From Camelus ferus (lineage: Eukaryota), in NCBI RefSeq assembly GCF_009834535.1, contig NC_045697.1, positions 27,964,001-28,028,000 of the forward strand: 64,000 nt of DNA, in the 5' to 3' direction. A model generated the notes under the pieces. The model searched no databases and was not told where the DNA came from. It worked only from the letters and a program-made list of their open reading frames with translations. The translations under genes and the position numbers were made by a program. Positions 35,900 to 48,285 of this stretch are shown one piece after another. Each line of letters starts with the position of its first letter. The stretch's first letter is position 1.

Positions 35900-38800
35900 G
35901 TTTTTTTTTTTGAACATAGATCATGTCCTTTATTTCTGTTATTCTTTTTTTTAATACAAAATTTAAAATCAACTGTACTTCAATTAAAAAGCCAAAAAAA
36001 AAAAAGCCACCAATCAACCCACTTAATACATGGGCAGAAGAACTGAACAGACATTTTTCTACAAGAGGAAATGCAGATGGCCAACAGCAACATGAAAAGT
36101 TGCTCAATATCACTAATATCAGGGAAATGAAAACCAAAATCACAATGAGATACCTCACACCTGTCAGAATGGCCATCATCAAAAAGAACACAAATAACAA
36201 ATCTTGGCAAGGATGTGGAGAAAAGGGAACCCTTGTACATTGTTGGTGGGAATGTAAATTGGTGCAGCCCCTATGGAAAACAACATGGACGCTTCTCAAA
36301 AACCTAAAAATAGAACCACTATACGGCTCAGCAACTCCACTCCTGGGCATATATCTGAGAAAAACAAAAACATTAATTCAAAAAGACACGTACACCCTGC
36401 TATTAACAACAACACCACTTAGAATTGCTAGGATATGGAAGCATCCCAAGTGCACATCAACAGATGAATGGACAAAGAAGATGTACCATATATATGCAAT
36501 GAAATACAACTCGCCCATAAAAAAGGATATTTTGCCATGTGCAGCCCTTCATTCACTTTTTTTTTTAACTTCAAAAACCAGAATTTTATAACTGGCATAA
36601 ATATTTCCATTGCATCAAAAACAAAATACCTGGAAATAAACTTAACCAAAGAGGTTACCCATACTCTGAAAACTGTAAAATACTGATGAAAGAAATTGAA
36701 GATGATACAAAGAAATGGAAAGATATTTTGTGCTCTTGGATTGGAAGAATCAATATTATCAAAATGGCCGTACTACCCAAAGCAATCTACAGATCCAATG
36801 CAACCCCTGTTAAAATACTCATGATATTTTCACAGAACTACAACAAACAATTCCAAAATTTATATGGAATCATAAAAGACCCAGAATTGCCAAAGCAATC
36901 TTTTGTAGGTCTTTTGTTTTTTCTTCCTTCTTTTTGTTCTCTTTTATTGTGGTTTAATGACTAGAGAAGTCTCTAACATTTGTTGTAAAGCTGGTTTGGT
37001 GGTGCTGAATTCTTCTAGCTTTTGTTTAACTGTGAAGCTTTTAATTTCTCCATCAAATCTGAACGAGAGCCTTGCTGGATAGAGTATTCTTGGTTGTAAG
37101 TTTTCCCCTTTCACCACTTTAAACATATCGCTTCTGGCCTGTAGAGTTTCTGCTGAAAAATCAGCTGATAACCTTATGGGAGTTCCCTTGTTATGTTATT
37201 TGTTGCTTTTCTCTTGTTCATTTTAGTTATTTTCTCCTTATTCTTAATTTTTGTCAATTTGATGACTATGTGCCTTGGTGTATTCCTCTTTGGGTTGATC
37301 CTCTGTGGAACTCTTTGCACTTCCTGGACTTGGGTGACTGTTTCCTTTCACAACTTGGGGAAGTTTTTGGTTATTATCTCTCCAAAAATTTTCTCAGGTT
37401 CTTTCTCTCTCTCTTCTCTTTCTGGGACCCCTATAATGAGAATATTACAGCACTTAATGTTGTCCCAGAGTTCTCTTAAACTTTTCATTCTTTTTTCTGT
37501 TTTCTGTTCTGCAGTAGTGATTTCCACTAATCTGTCTTCTGGCTCATTGATCCGTTCTTCTGCCTTATTTAGTCTATTCTTGGTTCCTTCTAGTGTGTTA
37601 CTCATTTCAGTGATTTTATTCTTCAACTCTGTTTGGGTATTCTTTATATTTTCCAACTCTTCATGAAAAACTTCGCTCCGTGCATCTATACTCCTCTTGA
37701 GTTCTCTGAACATCTTGGCTATCATTACTTTAAATTCTCAGATAAGCTTCCTATCTCCTTATCACTTATTTCTTCTTCTGGGATTTTTATCTTGTGCCTT
37801 GGCCTCGAAGATATTCCTCTGCCACCTCATAATTGTCTATCTTCCTATTTGTAATTTTAGGTAGGTTAGTTACATTTCTCGTCTTTGGAGAAGTGGCCCT
37901 CTGTGGGAGACGTCCTATGTGTCCCAGCATTATACTCCTCTCTTGTCACCCGAGGGCCAGGGTCCAGCCAGTCCCAAAGTAGAGTCTGGCCTGTGTTTGT
38001 GGATTCCTTCCACAGGCTTTGGGATTGTCGTTTTCTTTCTTTCTTTCTTTTTTTTTTTTTTAACATTTTTTTTATTGAGTTATAGTCATTTTACAATGTT
38101 GTGTCAAATTCCAGTGTAGAGCACAATTTTTCAGTTATACATGAACATACATACATTCATTGTCACGTTCTCTTTCACTGTGAGCCTCCACAAGAGGGAT
38201 TGTTGTTTTCTTATTTCTGGTATCTGCCCTCTGGTGGGTGAGGCTGGACTAGAGGCTTATGCAGGTTTCCTGGCAGGAGGAGCCAGTGCCTGTCCACTGC
38301 TGGGTGAAGCTTGGTCCTGGACCTCTGGTGAGTAGGGCCATGCCTGGAGTGTTTGTGGCTCAGAGAGCCTGCTGATGGGTGGGGCTGTGTTCCCAAGCAG
38401 TATGTTGTTTGGCCTGAGGCATCCCAGCCCTTAAGCCTACAGGCTGCTGGGTGGGGCTAGGTCTTGGTGCTAATGATCCAGTCAAGATGTCAGCCTCCAG
38501 GAAAGCTCATATACATCAACACTCTTGAAATATCCACCACCAGCTTTTATGCTTCCTGGGTGAGCCACAGCCATCCCCTATCTCCCCAAGAGACCCTCCA
38601 AAACCAGCAGGCAGGTCTGGCCCAGCTTCCTATGAAATCACTGCCTCTGCCCTTGGACCTGGCGCACATGAGATTCTGTGTATGCTTCCCAAGAGAATGA
38701 AGTCTCTGTTTCCCCATGCGGGCTCCTGGAGTTAAGCCCCACTGGCCTTCAAAACCATATGTCCTGGGGTCTCCTCCTCCCAGTGCCAGAACCCCGGGCT

Positions 38801-39123
38801 GGGGAGCCTGCCATGGGGCTTAGAGCTCTCACTCCTATGGGAGGGCCTCTGCAACTTAATTATTCTTCAGCTTGTGGGCTGCCCACCCAGGGGGTATGAG
38901 GCCTGATTATATCATGAGCACGCCCCTCCTACCATCCCACTGTGGTTCCCTCTTTATGTTTCCAGGTAAAGATCTTTTCCAGGAATAAGATCTTTTTTGC
39001 TAGGTTCCAGTCTTTTTTTTCCCTGATGGTTATTCAGCAGTCAGTTAGTTGTGGTTATGTTGTAGTTGTGAGGAGAGGCGAGCTCGTGGTCCTACTACTC
39101 TGCCATGTTGACCAGAAAGTCCT
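35900..39123. mobile_element. Rearranged L1 block: minus-strand 5'UTR+ORF1 (about 36900-39120) and plus-strand ORF2 pieces (about 35960-36900), splitting an MLT LTR
   Basis: ORF1 coiled-coil and LQPRILYPARLSF on minus; ORF2 peptides on plus; MLT halves at 35841-35898 and 39124-39190. Confidence 0.75.
38038..38195 (-). mobile_element. Short L1 3'-end insertion
   Basis: Poly-T plus L1 terminus; TSD GGGATTGT(C/T)GTTTTCTT at 38021 and 38196. Confidence 0.8.
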
Positions 39124-40055
39124 TAAACTTCTGTTGTTTTAAGCCATCTGATTTGTGGGAGTCTGTTACGGCAGCCACAGGGATCTAACACAAGGGTCTA
39201 CACACTTGTGCTGGTATATGCAGAAAACTTTTTTTCTGAAGGGATATCTAAGAAACTGTTACCTGTGAGCAGAAGAAACAAGGGAGAGAGAGAGATTTCT
39301 ACTCACCATTTTATGCTCTTTTGTCCCATTTGAAATTTTTTACATGCATTAATGTACATACATTACTTTTATTTTTAAAAAATAAAATAGCATTATAGTG
39401 GGATAAGTAAAATAACATAGCCCAAAGCCAGCAAACATATCGTCCCTGTACGAACAGAAGTAAAACATTATTTTAATGATTTTTACTCTAAAAAAACTAC
39501 CTTACTCTTTCCCTGGAAAATCAGTAAATAAATATTCGTGCCTACCAACAGCTTTGAAATAAGTTATGTGAAAATTATCAATATCATAAAATATACAAAC
39601 CACTAGAAATAAAATTGGTAACTCAGATATTAATATTAAAACCAAAATCTTCTGCTGAATTTAAAAAAAAAAAGCCACATTCCAGGAGAAGATATTTGCA
39701 ACACATATAACCACAAAAGGATTAATATCTAAATATGTAAACAATTCCTATAAATCAGTAATAAAATGGCTAACAAACACAATTGGGGAAGGAATTAGCA
39801 AAAGATATAAATGAATGGATAACAGGAGACACCACTGTATACCCCTGGGATGGACAAAAATTAAAACATCTAATAACACCAAGTGTTGGTCAGAATGTGA
39901 GGAAACAGGAGTGCTCATACATGTCCAGAGATTCTGACTTCAATAGTCTGGGATGGGGCCAGACATCAGTATTATTTTGCAAGCTCTTCAGGTGATGCCA
40001 CTCCACCTCAGTAAGGATCAGGTAATGCTGAGACATGATCACCATTCTGAACACA

Positions 40056-40069
40056 TCGCCCTCTAGTGG
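40056..40069 (-). promoter_or_regulatory. CTCF motif
   Basis: CCACTAGAGGGCGA on the minus strand, near-consensus core. Confidence 0.55.
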
Positions 40070-40189
40070 TTCCTGTTTTCCCCAACTGCACTCCTCACAC
40101 CTCAGGGTTTGGAGGTGATGCAGGTGTCCTTGACTCTCCCTGCTACTTCCCGATCACTAACTGCTTTGTTTTCAACAAGAATGATTTGG

Positions 40190-41635
40190 CAAATGTTTAG
40201 AGTGCACTACCTCCTCCTTTCTGCCACCAGAAATCCTTGAAAGAGATGTTTACTCACTGTCTCTAATTATTCTCCTCCCATTCTCTCAAATCCACTCAAT
40301 TCAGATTTCCCTCCCCACCACTCCAGAGATATAACCCTTGTCAAGGTCACCAGTGACCCCCTACATTGCCAAATCCAAGGGTCAATTCTCAGATTTCATC
40401 TGAGCTATCAGCAGCACTGAACACAGTTACAAGATCTTGAAAAGTTTTCTTACTTGGTTTCTGGAACCCCATATTCCCTCCTCCATTCCCACTCCCCCCA
40501 CCTTCCTCCCAATTTTCCTGCTAAATCACTGGCATTCCTTCCTAGTTCCCTTCTGGGTCCTCCTTATGTCTCTGACATGGAACATCCAAGACTCAGCCTT
40601 GGACATCTTTTCTTCTCTAACTCCATGCACTCGCATCCTAGCTCATGGCTTCAAAACTATTTATTTGCTGATGACTCTCCAGTTACCACCTCCAGCCCAG
40701 ACTCTTATATCCAACTGCCTGCTCTAAACATTTGCTAAATCATTCTTGTTGAAAACTAACCCTTGAATCCTCACTACCTCCAACCTCCCCCTTTGGCATC
40801 CTTCCCCATCTCAGTAAATGATACTTCTATTCCCCTAGGCTAAAATCCTTGGAGTAATTAGTGACTTCTTTCTTTTGCTCCAACTCCGCATCCAACCCAT
40901 GAGCAAAAATTTTGTTGAGTTTTTCTTTGAAATATACCTGCAAGCAAAACCACTCTCTTGCCCTCCACCATCCCCATGTGGCCAAACCATCATCTCCCTC
41001 ACGTGGGTAACTGCAGTGGTCTCTGAACTGGTCTATCTGGCTCTACCTTTCCCTCCACCCACCCACCCCACCCCATCCCATCCCACTCCAACCCAATTAG
41101 AATCGTGGCACACTCCTACTCAAAAGCTGTAAAGATTCCCTTCTCACTCAAAGTCGAAATCCCCACCATGGTTCACAAGGCACTGCCTGGCCTGCCCCAA
41201 CTCTCAGTCTTCACTACCTCTGTGGACTCATTTCCTTCCACTCTGCCCCATCTTCCCTCTGCTCCAGCCTCACTGGCCACCTCACCATTCTGTGATGGCA
41301 CCAACCATGCTCCCACACTGCTCCTGCAGGTCCCCCTGCCCAAAACTGCCCCCAGACATCACCACTGTTCACCCCCTTACTTCCACAAAGTCTACGCTGA
41401 AGTGCTGCTTTACCTGCAGGACCTTCTCCGATCACAAGTGCTCCCACCCATCCTTCTCTAGACCCTATAGAGTCCATATTCTGCTTTATTCACCATCTAA
41501 TAAACTATCTAGTTAGGGTCTATCTCCCTTTCTCGTTGTGGGCAGGACTTTTCTTTGCCCCTTACTTCATTCACAACACCTAGAGCAGTTCTAGGTACGT
41601 AGCATATGTTCAAAAAGGTTTTGTTGAATGAATGA
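40190..41635 (+). mobile_element. LINE-2 remnant
   Basis: CTTGTCAAGGTCACCAGTGAC...GCCAAATCCAAGGGTCAATTCTCAG RT relic and terminal TTGTTGAATGAATGA. Confidence 0.8.
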
Positions 41636-43559
41636 TTGGACCACACTGTAGGACAATTTCAGGCTATCTAGTGAAGATGACCTGGCTTATAGCCTGGGAT
41701 ACAAGAAAACATACACACAGATGGCCACAGCAGCATTATATGCAATATACTATATAGCACTCTGTTGGCATTCCGCACATCTAATACCATGCAACAGTGA
41801 AACGTGAAACACACTAAACACCCATCACTTGGGGAATGGATAGATTGTGGCACATTCATACAGTGGAATCCCACGAAGACTTTAAAATGAACGTGTTAGA
41901 GCTACACGTGTGAATGTGAATGGTTCTCAAAAATATAGTATTGAGTAAACAAGTGTACAGGATGTTATTTATAACATTTTAAAACACTGAAAAATAATTC
42001 TATATAGTGTTTATGGATAAGGAGATGTGCAGTAAAGTAGAAATATGAGTGGGAAGTATGGACAACAAGCTCAGGACACTGGTTTCTTCCAGAGAAACTG
42101 GAGAATAGAAGGAACAGGGTTTCAAGCATATCTGTAACTTTCTTCTTTTAAAAGAAGATTCCAAAATAAATATGGCCAAAAAAAATTTACTAAATCTACA
42201 TTTTGTTATATCATTCATTAAATTTTTTTACAGAAATAAGTATTTGTCATTTTATTCTCTAGTTTTCTATGTCTTAACTACTCTGGAATTTTTTAAATAA
42301 ATAAAACATTTTTACATTGCTAACAAATGAAAGTTTTGAAATAAACCTGGTGGACTGAGAAGCAGCAACATTTGAGTAAAAAAGCATAATTACAGTCAGT
42401 AACAAAACCTGTTAACAGTGTTGCTTGGTTGATATCCTGTTACTGGAACGGTGTGTTTTGGGTCCAAGGAGAAAAGGAAACCAGACCTTTAAAAAGGAAT
42501 GTCATCCGGTTTCTGTGGGTCAGCAGGGCAGGGAGGAGCAGGTGTGGCAAAGGTACTTGCTGTGCCTAGGCGAACACAGAAGTCACAGGCATGGTGTTTG
42601 TGTCCAGGGAACACCAAAACACACCTGCCACACCTGCTATACACTTTGCGAACACTCACAACTGCAGACCTCAGAAAGAATCACTTTTTAAAATTGAGTT
42701 TTCCCTAACTTTTATATAAAATATAAATATACATATATAATTACAAGAATAGGTTTACACTCTACATACACTTTTGTAAGCTTCCCCCGCCCTCACCTTA
42801 ATACTTGGCTGTGGCCTGCCTGCCTTCCATGTTAACAAACTGGACGTACAGTTATAATTTTTAATGCGTACAGTATATCCGACTGTTTGAAGTTACTGTA
42901 GTTTACTTCACTCATCTTTTATCGGGGGATAAATTATTTCCGGGTTATTTTCCTTGGCATAAACAACCATAACAAACATCCTCGTACATACATATTCGAC
43001 TGTTAGGACATTTGACTGTTAGGACAAATTCGCAGACGTGGAATTCTTGGGCCAAAGATAATGCATTTGAATTTTCATCCACATTTCCAAACTGGCCTTC
43101 TAGAAAAGGTTTTTGTTTGGTTGTTTTTAAATCAGATTACTGTTCCACCAACAGGGTAAGGACAAGCTGTTGAAAGCAACATCGGGGGAATCGCAAACAC
43201 TTACTGAACTTGAGTGATCCCTTCCCGGCGAAACTGCGGCGTTTCCGGGGCGCTTTTAAAGAAAGGGGAGGGATGCAGAGAACCCCGAGACCCGCCCAGG
43301 GTGGGGCTGGGCACCCCCTCCAGCTCAGCCAGCGGCTCGTTTCCCCAGGAGGGTCAGCAGCGAGGCCCGGACGCTCCGGCCAGGGAGACGGGGTGTCGGG
43401 GCCTCCGCGGCTGCGCTCGAGGCCGGGGCGGGGTCACGCGGGGGCGGGGCCCTGTCGGGGCCGCGAGGCGGGGCAGCTCGGCCCGTCCAGCCCGCGCCCC
43501 CTCCCGGCCCGCCCTCCGGCCGCGTCCCCGCCAGCCCTGCCGACGTGGCGGGGCGGGAC

Positions 43560-43597
43560 CCGGCGGGCGCTCCCGCGCGCACTCGGCCGCCTGAGCG
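43560..43597 (+). other. FAM114A1: FAM114A1 non-coding exon 1 (5' end uncertain)
   Basis: Donor GCG|GTAAGA at 43597/43598 downstream of GC boxes and upstream of MIR574. Confidence 0.65.
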
Positions 43598-43816
43598 GTA
43601 AGAGCCCCGGGCACTTCTCGCCGTCATCCCCTTCCCCGGGCGGGGGGCTGCGGGGACAGCAGCCGGTGGGTGGTGGGGAGACCCTGCCGCCGCTGCTCGT
43701 CCTGCTCCCCGAATCCTGCCCGCTGCGTTAGTGAGAAGCCGTCGGCAGAGACTTGGCACGGGGTGCGGGACCGGGAGGACCGGCCTTGGGGGTGAAGGTG
43801 CGGGCGGCGCGGCCGA

Positions 43817-43912
43817 GGGCCCTGCGTGGGTGCGGGCGTGTGAGTGTGTGTGTGTGAGTGTGTGTCGCTCCGGGTCCACGCTCATGCACACACCCACACG
43901 CCCGCACTCCGG
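43817..43912 (+). ncRNA. MIR574: microRNA 574 precursor (5p 43841-43863, 3p 43877-43898)
   Basis: TGAGTGTGTGTGTGTGAGTGTGT and CACGCTCATGCACACACCCACA arms form a hairpin; known to sit in FAM114A1 intron 1. Confidence 0.95.
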
Positions 43913-44160
43913 CTCTGCCCCCTCGGCCGGCGTGAACCTCTGCAGAGCCTGTGCTCCCGAAGTATCTGGTCCCAGCACCAAGCAAGTCTGAAAAAGTTTC
44001 CCCAAGGTTTCAGGTCCGAGTGAGAGGTAGGCTGCAGGGTCCCGGCAGCCGGGGGCACCCAGGGAGCAGGTCCTACCCCTGGGCTCGCCGGCCTTTGGCC
44101 TCGGAAAACCGAGCTCAGGCCTTGACCTCGCACCCAAGCTCATCATTTCTCCCCACGCAG

Positions 44161-44319
44161 ACGCCCGCCCTTCCACCTCAGCCCACACCCGAAGCCTGCA
44201 GCATCTCCATTCACAGCCGGGTTGAGTTCTGTTCCCTCCCCTAGGTTGAGTTGTACCCACTACCCAGCTCCCCAGCCCCCCACCCGCCCACCCAATCGGC
44301 TCTTCTGCCCGGGAATCCA
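44161..44319 (+). other. FAM114A1: FAM114A1 non-coding exon 2 (probable)
   Basis: Acceptor TTTCTCCCCACGCAG| at 44160 and donor CCA|GTGAGT at 44319/44320. Confidence 0.6.
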
Positions 44320-47300
44320 GTGAGTCTTTCCAGCCGTCTCAGATTAGGCGCCTGGACTTCACTGCCCTTTCCTGGTGTAGGAAGACCTCTCTGTATGAGC
44401 TGTAACGGTGACATCTGTGTCTTACTGATCCCGTCAGTTCCCATTCTAAGCATCTTGAGAGATTCAAGCGGGTGGCTTTTAAAAATCAGTGTCTCTTGAA
44501 CTCCAGAAGACCTCAGCTAACCTGAGGAAACAGAATGAGGCAGGCTTTCTCCTCGGAGGCCCCTCTCTGCTCTCTTTTCCTCCTAATGCCCCTTTCCCAC
44601 TTCACCCCTCTCCATTCCCTGCTCTCTCCTTCCTTTCCTCCTTCAGAACCCGACCTCAGGAAGGAGTCTGATAAACTCCTTACACTGTAAGCTTTAAGCA
44701 AAAGAAGGAAACTTCCAAGGTGGAATTAGAGATTCCAGGGAGCCAGTGCATAAGGAATTTGAGGATGAGAGGGGGCTGCTAAGTCTTAGGGATTCAGACC
44801 ATGCCATTTATCTATAAGACCAGGCTTATATCAAATGTTGTTTCTCTTTAATCAGTATCAAACAATATATTTCAGTTCCATAAATATTGGAGGGTCAGAA
44901 ACCAAGCTCGGTGCTTGTTGATCACAGTTCTGGAGGAGAGAATGACACAGAAACAAATACTCCTTATAAATGCCATAGAAGTCCGTGCAAAGCATTGTGA
45001 AAAACATGGAAGAGGGAGTAAATAATTCTTTGAAAGGAGTGGGGCAAATTAAGGAAAATTTTAGAGTGAAAAGTGACATTAGACATAGAGAAGCAAATAG
45101 GAGTTTGCCAGGCAAATGGAGGCAGGGCATCCTGGGCAGAAGAACCAGCATAAGCAAAGGCGAGGAGCTGGGAATGTTTATGAGCTGCGCAGGCAGTGAT
45201 GGAAAGTCTGGTGAGGCAAGAGTGTGCGGTGTGTTGAGTCACAGGAGGTGGATAGAGAGATTGGAGCTGGTTTATGGGTGGCCACAGATGCTGTGCAAAG
45301 GTGTTTAAATCTAATGGTTTGTAAACAAGGGAGCAAGTGGGTCCCATGTGTGTTTCATAAAAATATCTGGCAGGCACATGAAGGCTAGACTGGAGGAAAA
45401 AGAGACTGGGGTCTGAGCACGTGTACTTGTCTAGTGCCATAGGACTCTTACAACCTGATTAAGACTCTATTATCCACAGTTTTTGTTCCTCGTCTTTCAC
45501 TGAGCAACATTTTTTAAAATTGGGGGCGGTGATTTCACACAGGGTATTGTATTACCAAATTCTTACTTTGCCAAGTGAGACCATTAAAAAAAAATACATC
45601 CACTGCACCACTATTTCATAAGATGAAAGACACTTGAATACCAAGAAAAGCTTGGAGGCTAAACTGGCAAGGTGAAGGCAGTCCTCTACATGTAATAAAT
45701 TTAGATCGATGAAAAACTCACTATCTTGTCCTCATTTTTCTCTGCCATCATGGACTGGTCCCTGTCCTACAGTCTGGTGTCAGGGAAGAAAATATATAAA
45801 TCACTTTGTCCAGCCTTACTCTACAGAGGAGGAAGTGAGCAAGCCCAGCAAAAATGAGGGAGGTGTACGCCCACAGAGGGATGGTAGGACCAGGGCATGG
45901 CTCTTTCTGCCTCAGAATCCACCCCTCCCATCCCTTACTATTTCTTCTTGTGGCCAGCCACGCAGCACCCATTCTGAGTATCTCAATTCATTCCTGGGCA
46001 TTTGCACATACTCTGATCCCATCATGCCTGAATAACCATATCAAAGCCACTTTCCAGATTCTCCTTTGCATGAGATCAGCCTAATTCCCTGCTTTGATGT
46101 GTTGTTTTACATCATCATTTAACCATTTCGTGTTAGGTGGAATAGTTTCCTGGACCTTCACTGACCAGGAGTAAAATGAGAACAGATTATTCACTTTCTG
46201 AAGGATAGTAACCATGTCTTCCGTTTTAAACCTATTTCTGGAGCCACAGTGTTGCTGTTCCAATACCTAACATAGTTCTGGGAGCATTTTAGGTGATGAA
46301 TGAATTTGCTCATGAAAAACTAACTTATTCCCAGCCCACAAAGGCTTCTTTATATGCCACTCTTCCTCTCCTTGGAGTTTTACTGAAGAAGCCTCCTTGT
46401 TTCTGTGGATTGAGTCTCCATAGCATCAAAGCCACAGGACGTGGCTGCAGTGATCAGCGTTCCAAACCGTAAATGAGGAAAGGTTTAAATCTTGACTGCT
46501 TATGGGGCACCCAGGCAGGGATGGAGACTGTCCCAGGAAACACAGCACGTGTCATGGCTGTAGTCCTCGTGGACTCCATCAGTCACTGAACAGAAACAGC
46601 TGTGTCTTTAGAACACACAGTTTCTAATGGCTGCAGACAGAAGAGCACCATCTTAAAAATGATTACATCTCTCCTGTCGTAATAACATCCAGAGTAGACA
46701 AAGGTCTACCAGAACATGCAAAAAAAGGTTTTTGGGGTTTTTCTTTATTGGTTTTGATTTAGGGAAAATGTGGACCAGTAACAGGTAGAAGTTCATGTAA
46801 AATTAGACTTTAAAGTAGGCTGAATATGATGGTAAATTTTTTTTTTTATTATTTGAAGAGATGTAAAAATAGAGCCTTTCTGAAATGTATAAATTATCCA
46901 TAAATGTTTCCTAACAGTATCAGTTCAACACGGCTGATTTGGGGGTGTTTCTGAAGGAATGGCTTCATGTTGCTGGTGGAACACAGAGTAGCCACGGGAA
47001 GAGTCTTTTGTTGCAGCAGTTTTCCCACAATTGAGAGGAACTGACCAAAAACAATTTGACCATCCGAGATGGGTGAGGGCCTCCTATGCAACCTCCCTCC
47101 CAAGAGCGGTGTTTCCAGGAATCCACCTCTCAGGTGGAGTTCTGCCGCTCACTCATGTGTCTTTCAGCAGCCGGGCTCAGTTACAAAGCTTGTTCTTGTG
47201 AGTTGATGAAGTCCTAGCTCTCTGTCCTTTTAGGCCTCTGGTGAGGATGGCTGTAGAGGTAGGAGTCAGCTAGCCTTCTAATCAGGCCTTGGGGTTCTCC

Positions 47301-48057
47301 CACAGTGAGAAGAACTAGAAAAACTCTACTGCAAAGCGCAAGAGCTGCTGGACTCAATGTAATGTTTTGCCCTGGAAATAGACCAGCAGAAACACCTGTA
47401 CGTTATTTCTTGCCAGTCCACCGTAAGCACCATTTGCATTTTGTCAGTGAAAAATGATTTCTAATAGCCCTTATGCTAAGTAGCACACCCTGAAGTAGCG
47501 ATCAGGGACAAGGATAGTTGAACCCTCTCAAGAGGCGAACACTCAATTACAGATTCTGAAATGTTAACTGAAGACCCCTGGAGAGCATGTTCCTGAATAG
47601 GGCATTTCAACTGTTAACCAACCACCCCCAGGGCGTACAGTACGGCTAACCCGCAGAGAGGTCACAGGGTATGTGGTGAAGTGTTTTAGCATTAGGAACA
47701 ATATCACAGCAATTTAGGGCAAAGCAGATACAAAGTTGTTTATAATGCTTTTTATTTGCCCATGAGTGTTTATCATAACCAGGTTTATTCTCATGTTCCT
47801 GCTTATAGAGAAATGAAAGAGTTTGGAGCTTTTTAATAATCCAGATTAATAGTAAGGATTGTCCAACTATCTTACAAAGAAATTAAAATATCAGACAGTG
47901 CCCATGGTCAGCTGTTGATGAACTAAAAAAGGGGATATAAGTGATGTCCAAGTATGGGACCTATTCCCTTTATGGTCACGGCCCTAGGACCCAGGTGAGG
48001 AGAAGGTAAATGAGGACAGAGAACTCTAGGCCGTGGCAATCACGCAATGTCCTAGAT

Positions 48058-48285
48058 CTTGGGTCAACAAACATTTTCTGTAAAGGGCCAGAGAGTAAGT
48101 ATTTTGGGCCTTGCAACTTTGTGGGCCATATGGTCTCTGTCATGACTGTTCAACTCGGCTGTTGTGCCAGAGACGCCAAAGACAATACAAAAACAAATGA
48201 GCATGTCTGTGTTCCAGTAGAATTTTATTTACCAAAACAGAGGGAAGGCAAGACTTAGCCAGCAGGCTATAGTTTGCCAACCTCT
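48058..48285. mobile_element. hAT-Charlie MITE (MER58-like)
   Basis: GGGTCAACAAACATTTTCTGTAAAGGGCCAG...TAGTTTGCCAACCTCTG termini. Confidence 0.75.

Larger units (their letters stand above)
43180..44240 (+). promoter_or_regulatory. FAM114A1: CpG island promoter of FAM114A1
   Basis: Very high GC and CpG content, multiple GGGCGG Sp1 boxes. Confidence 0.92.

Noticed and set aside
42998..43026. Direct repeat GACTGTTAGGACA x2 upstream of the CpG island
   Set aside because: Simple 16-bp slippage duplication with no further structure; not an array
43210..44260. Several long ORFs (up to 311 aa) on both strands
   Set aside because: Low-complexity Pro/Arg/Gly/Ala products expected from stop-poor CpG-island DNA
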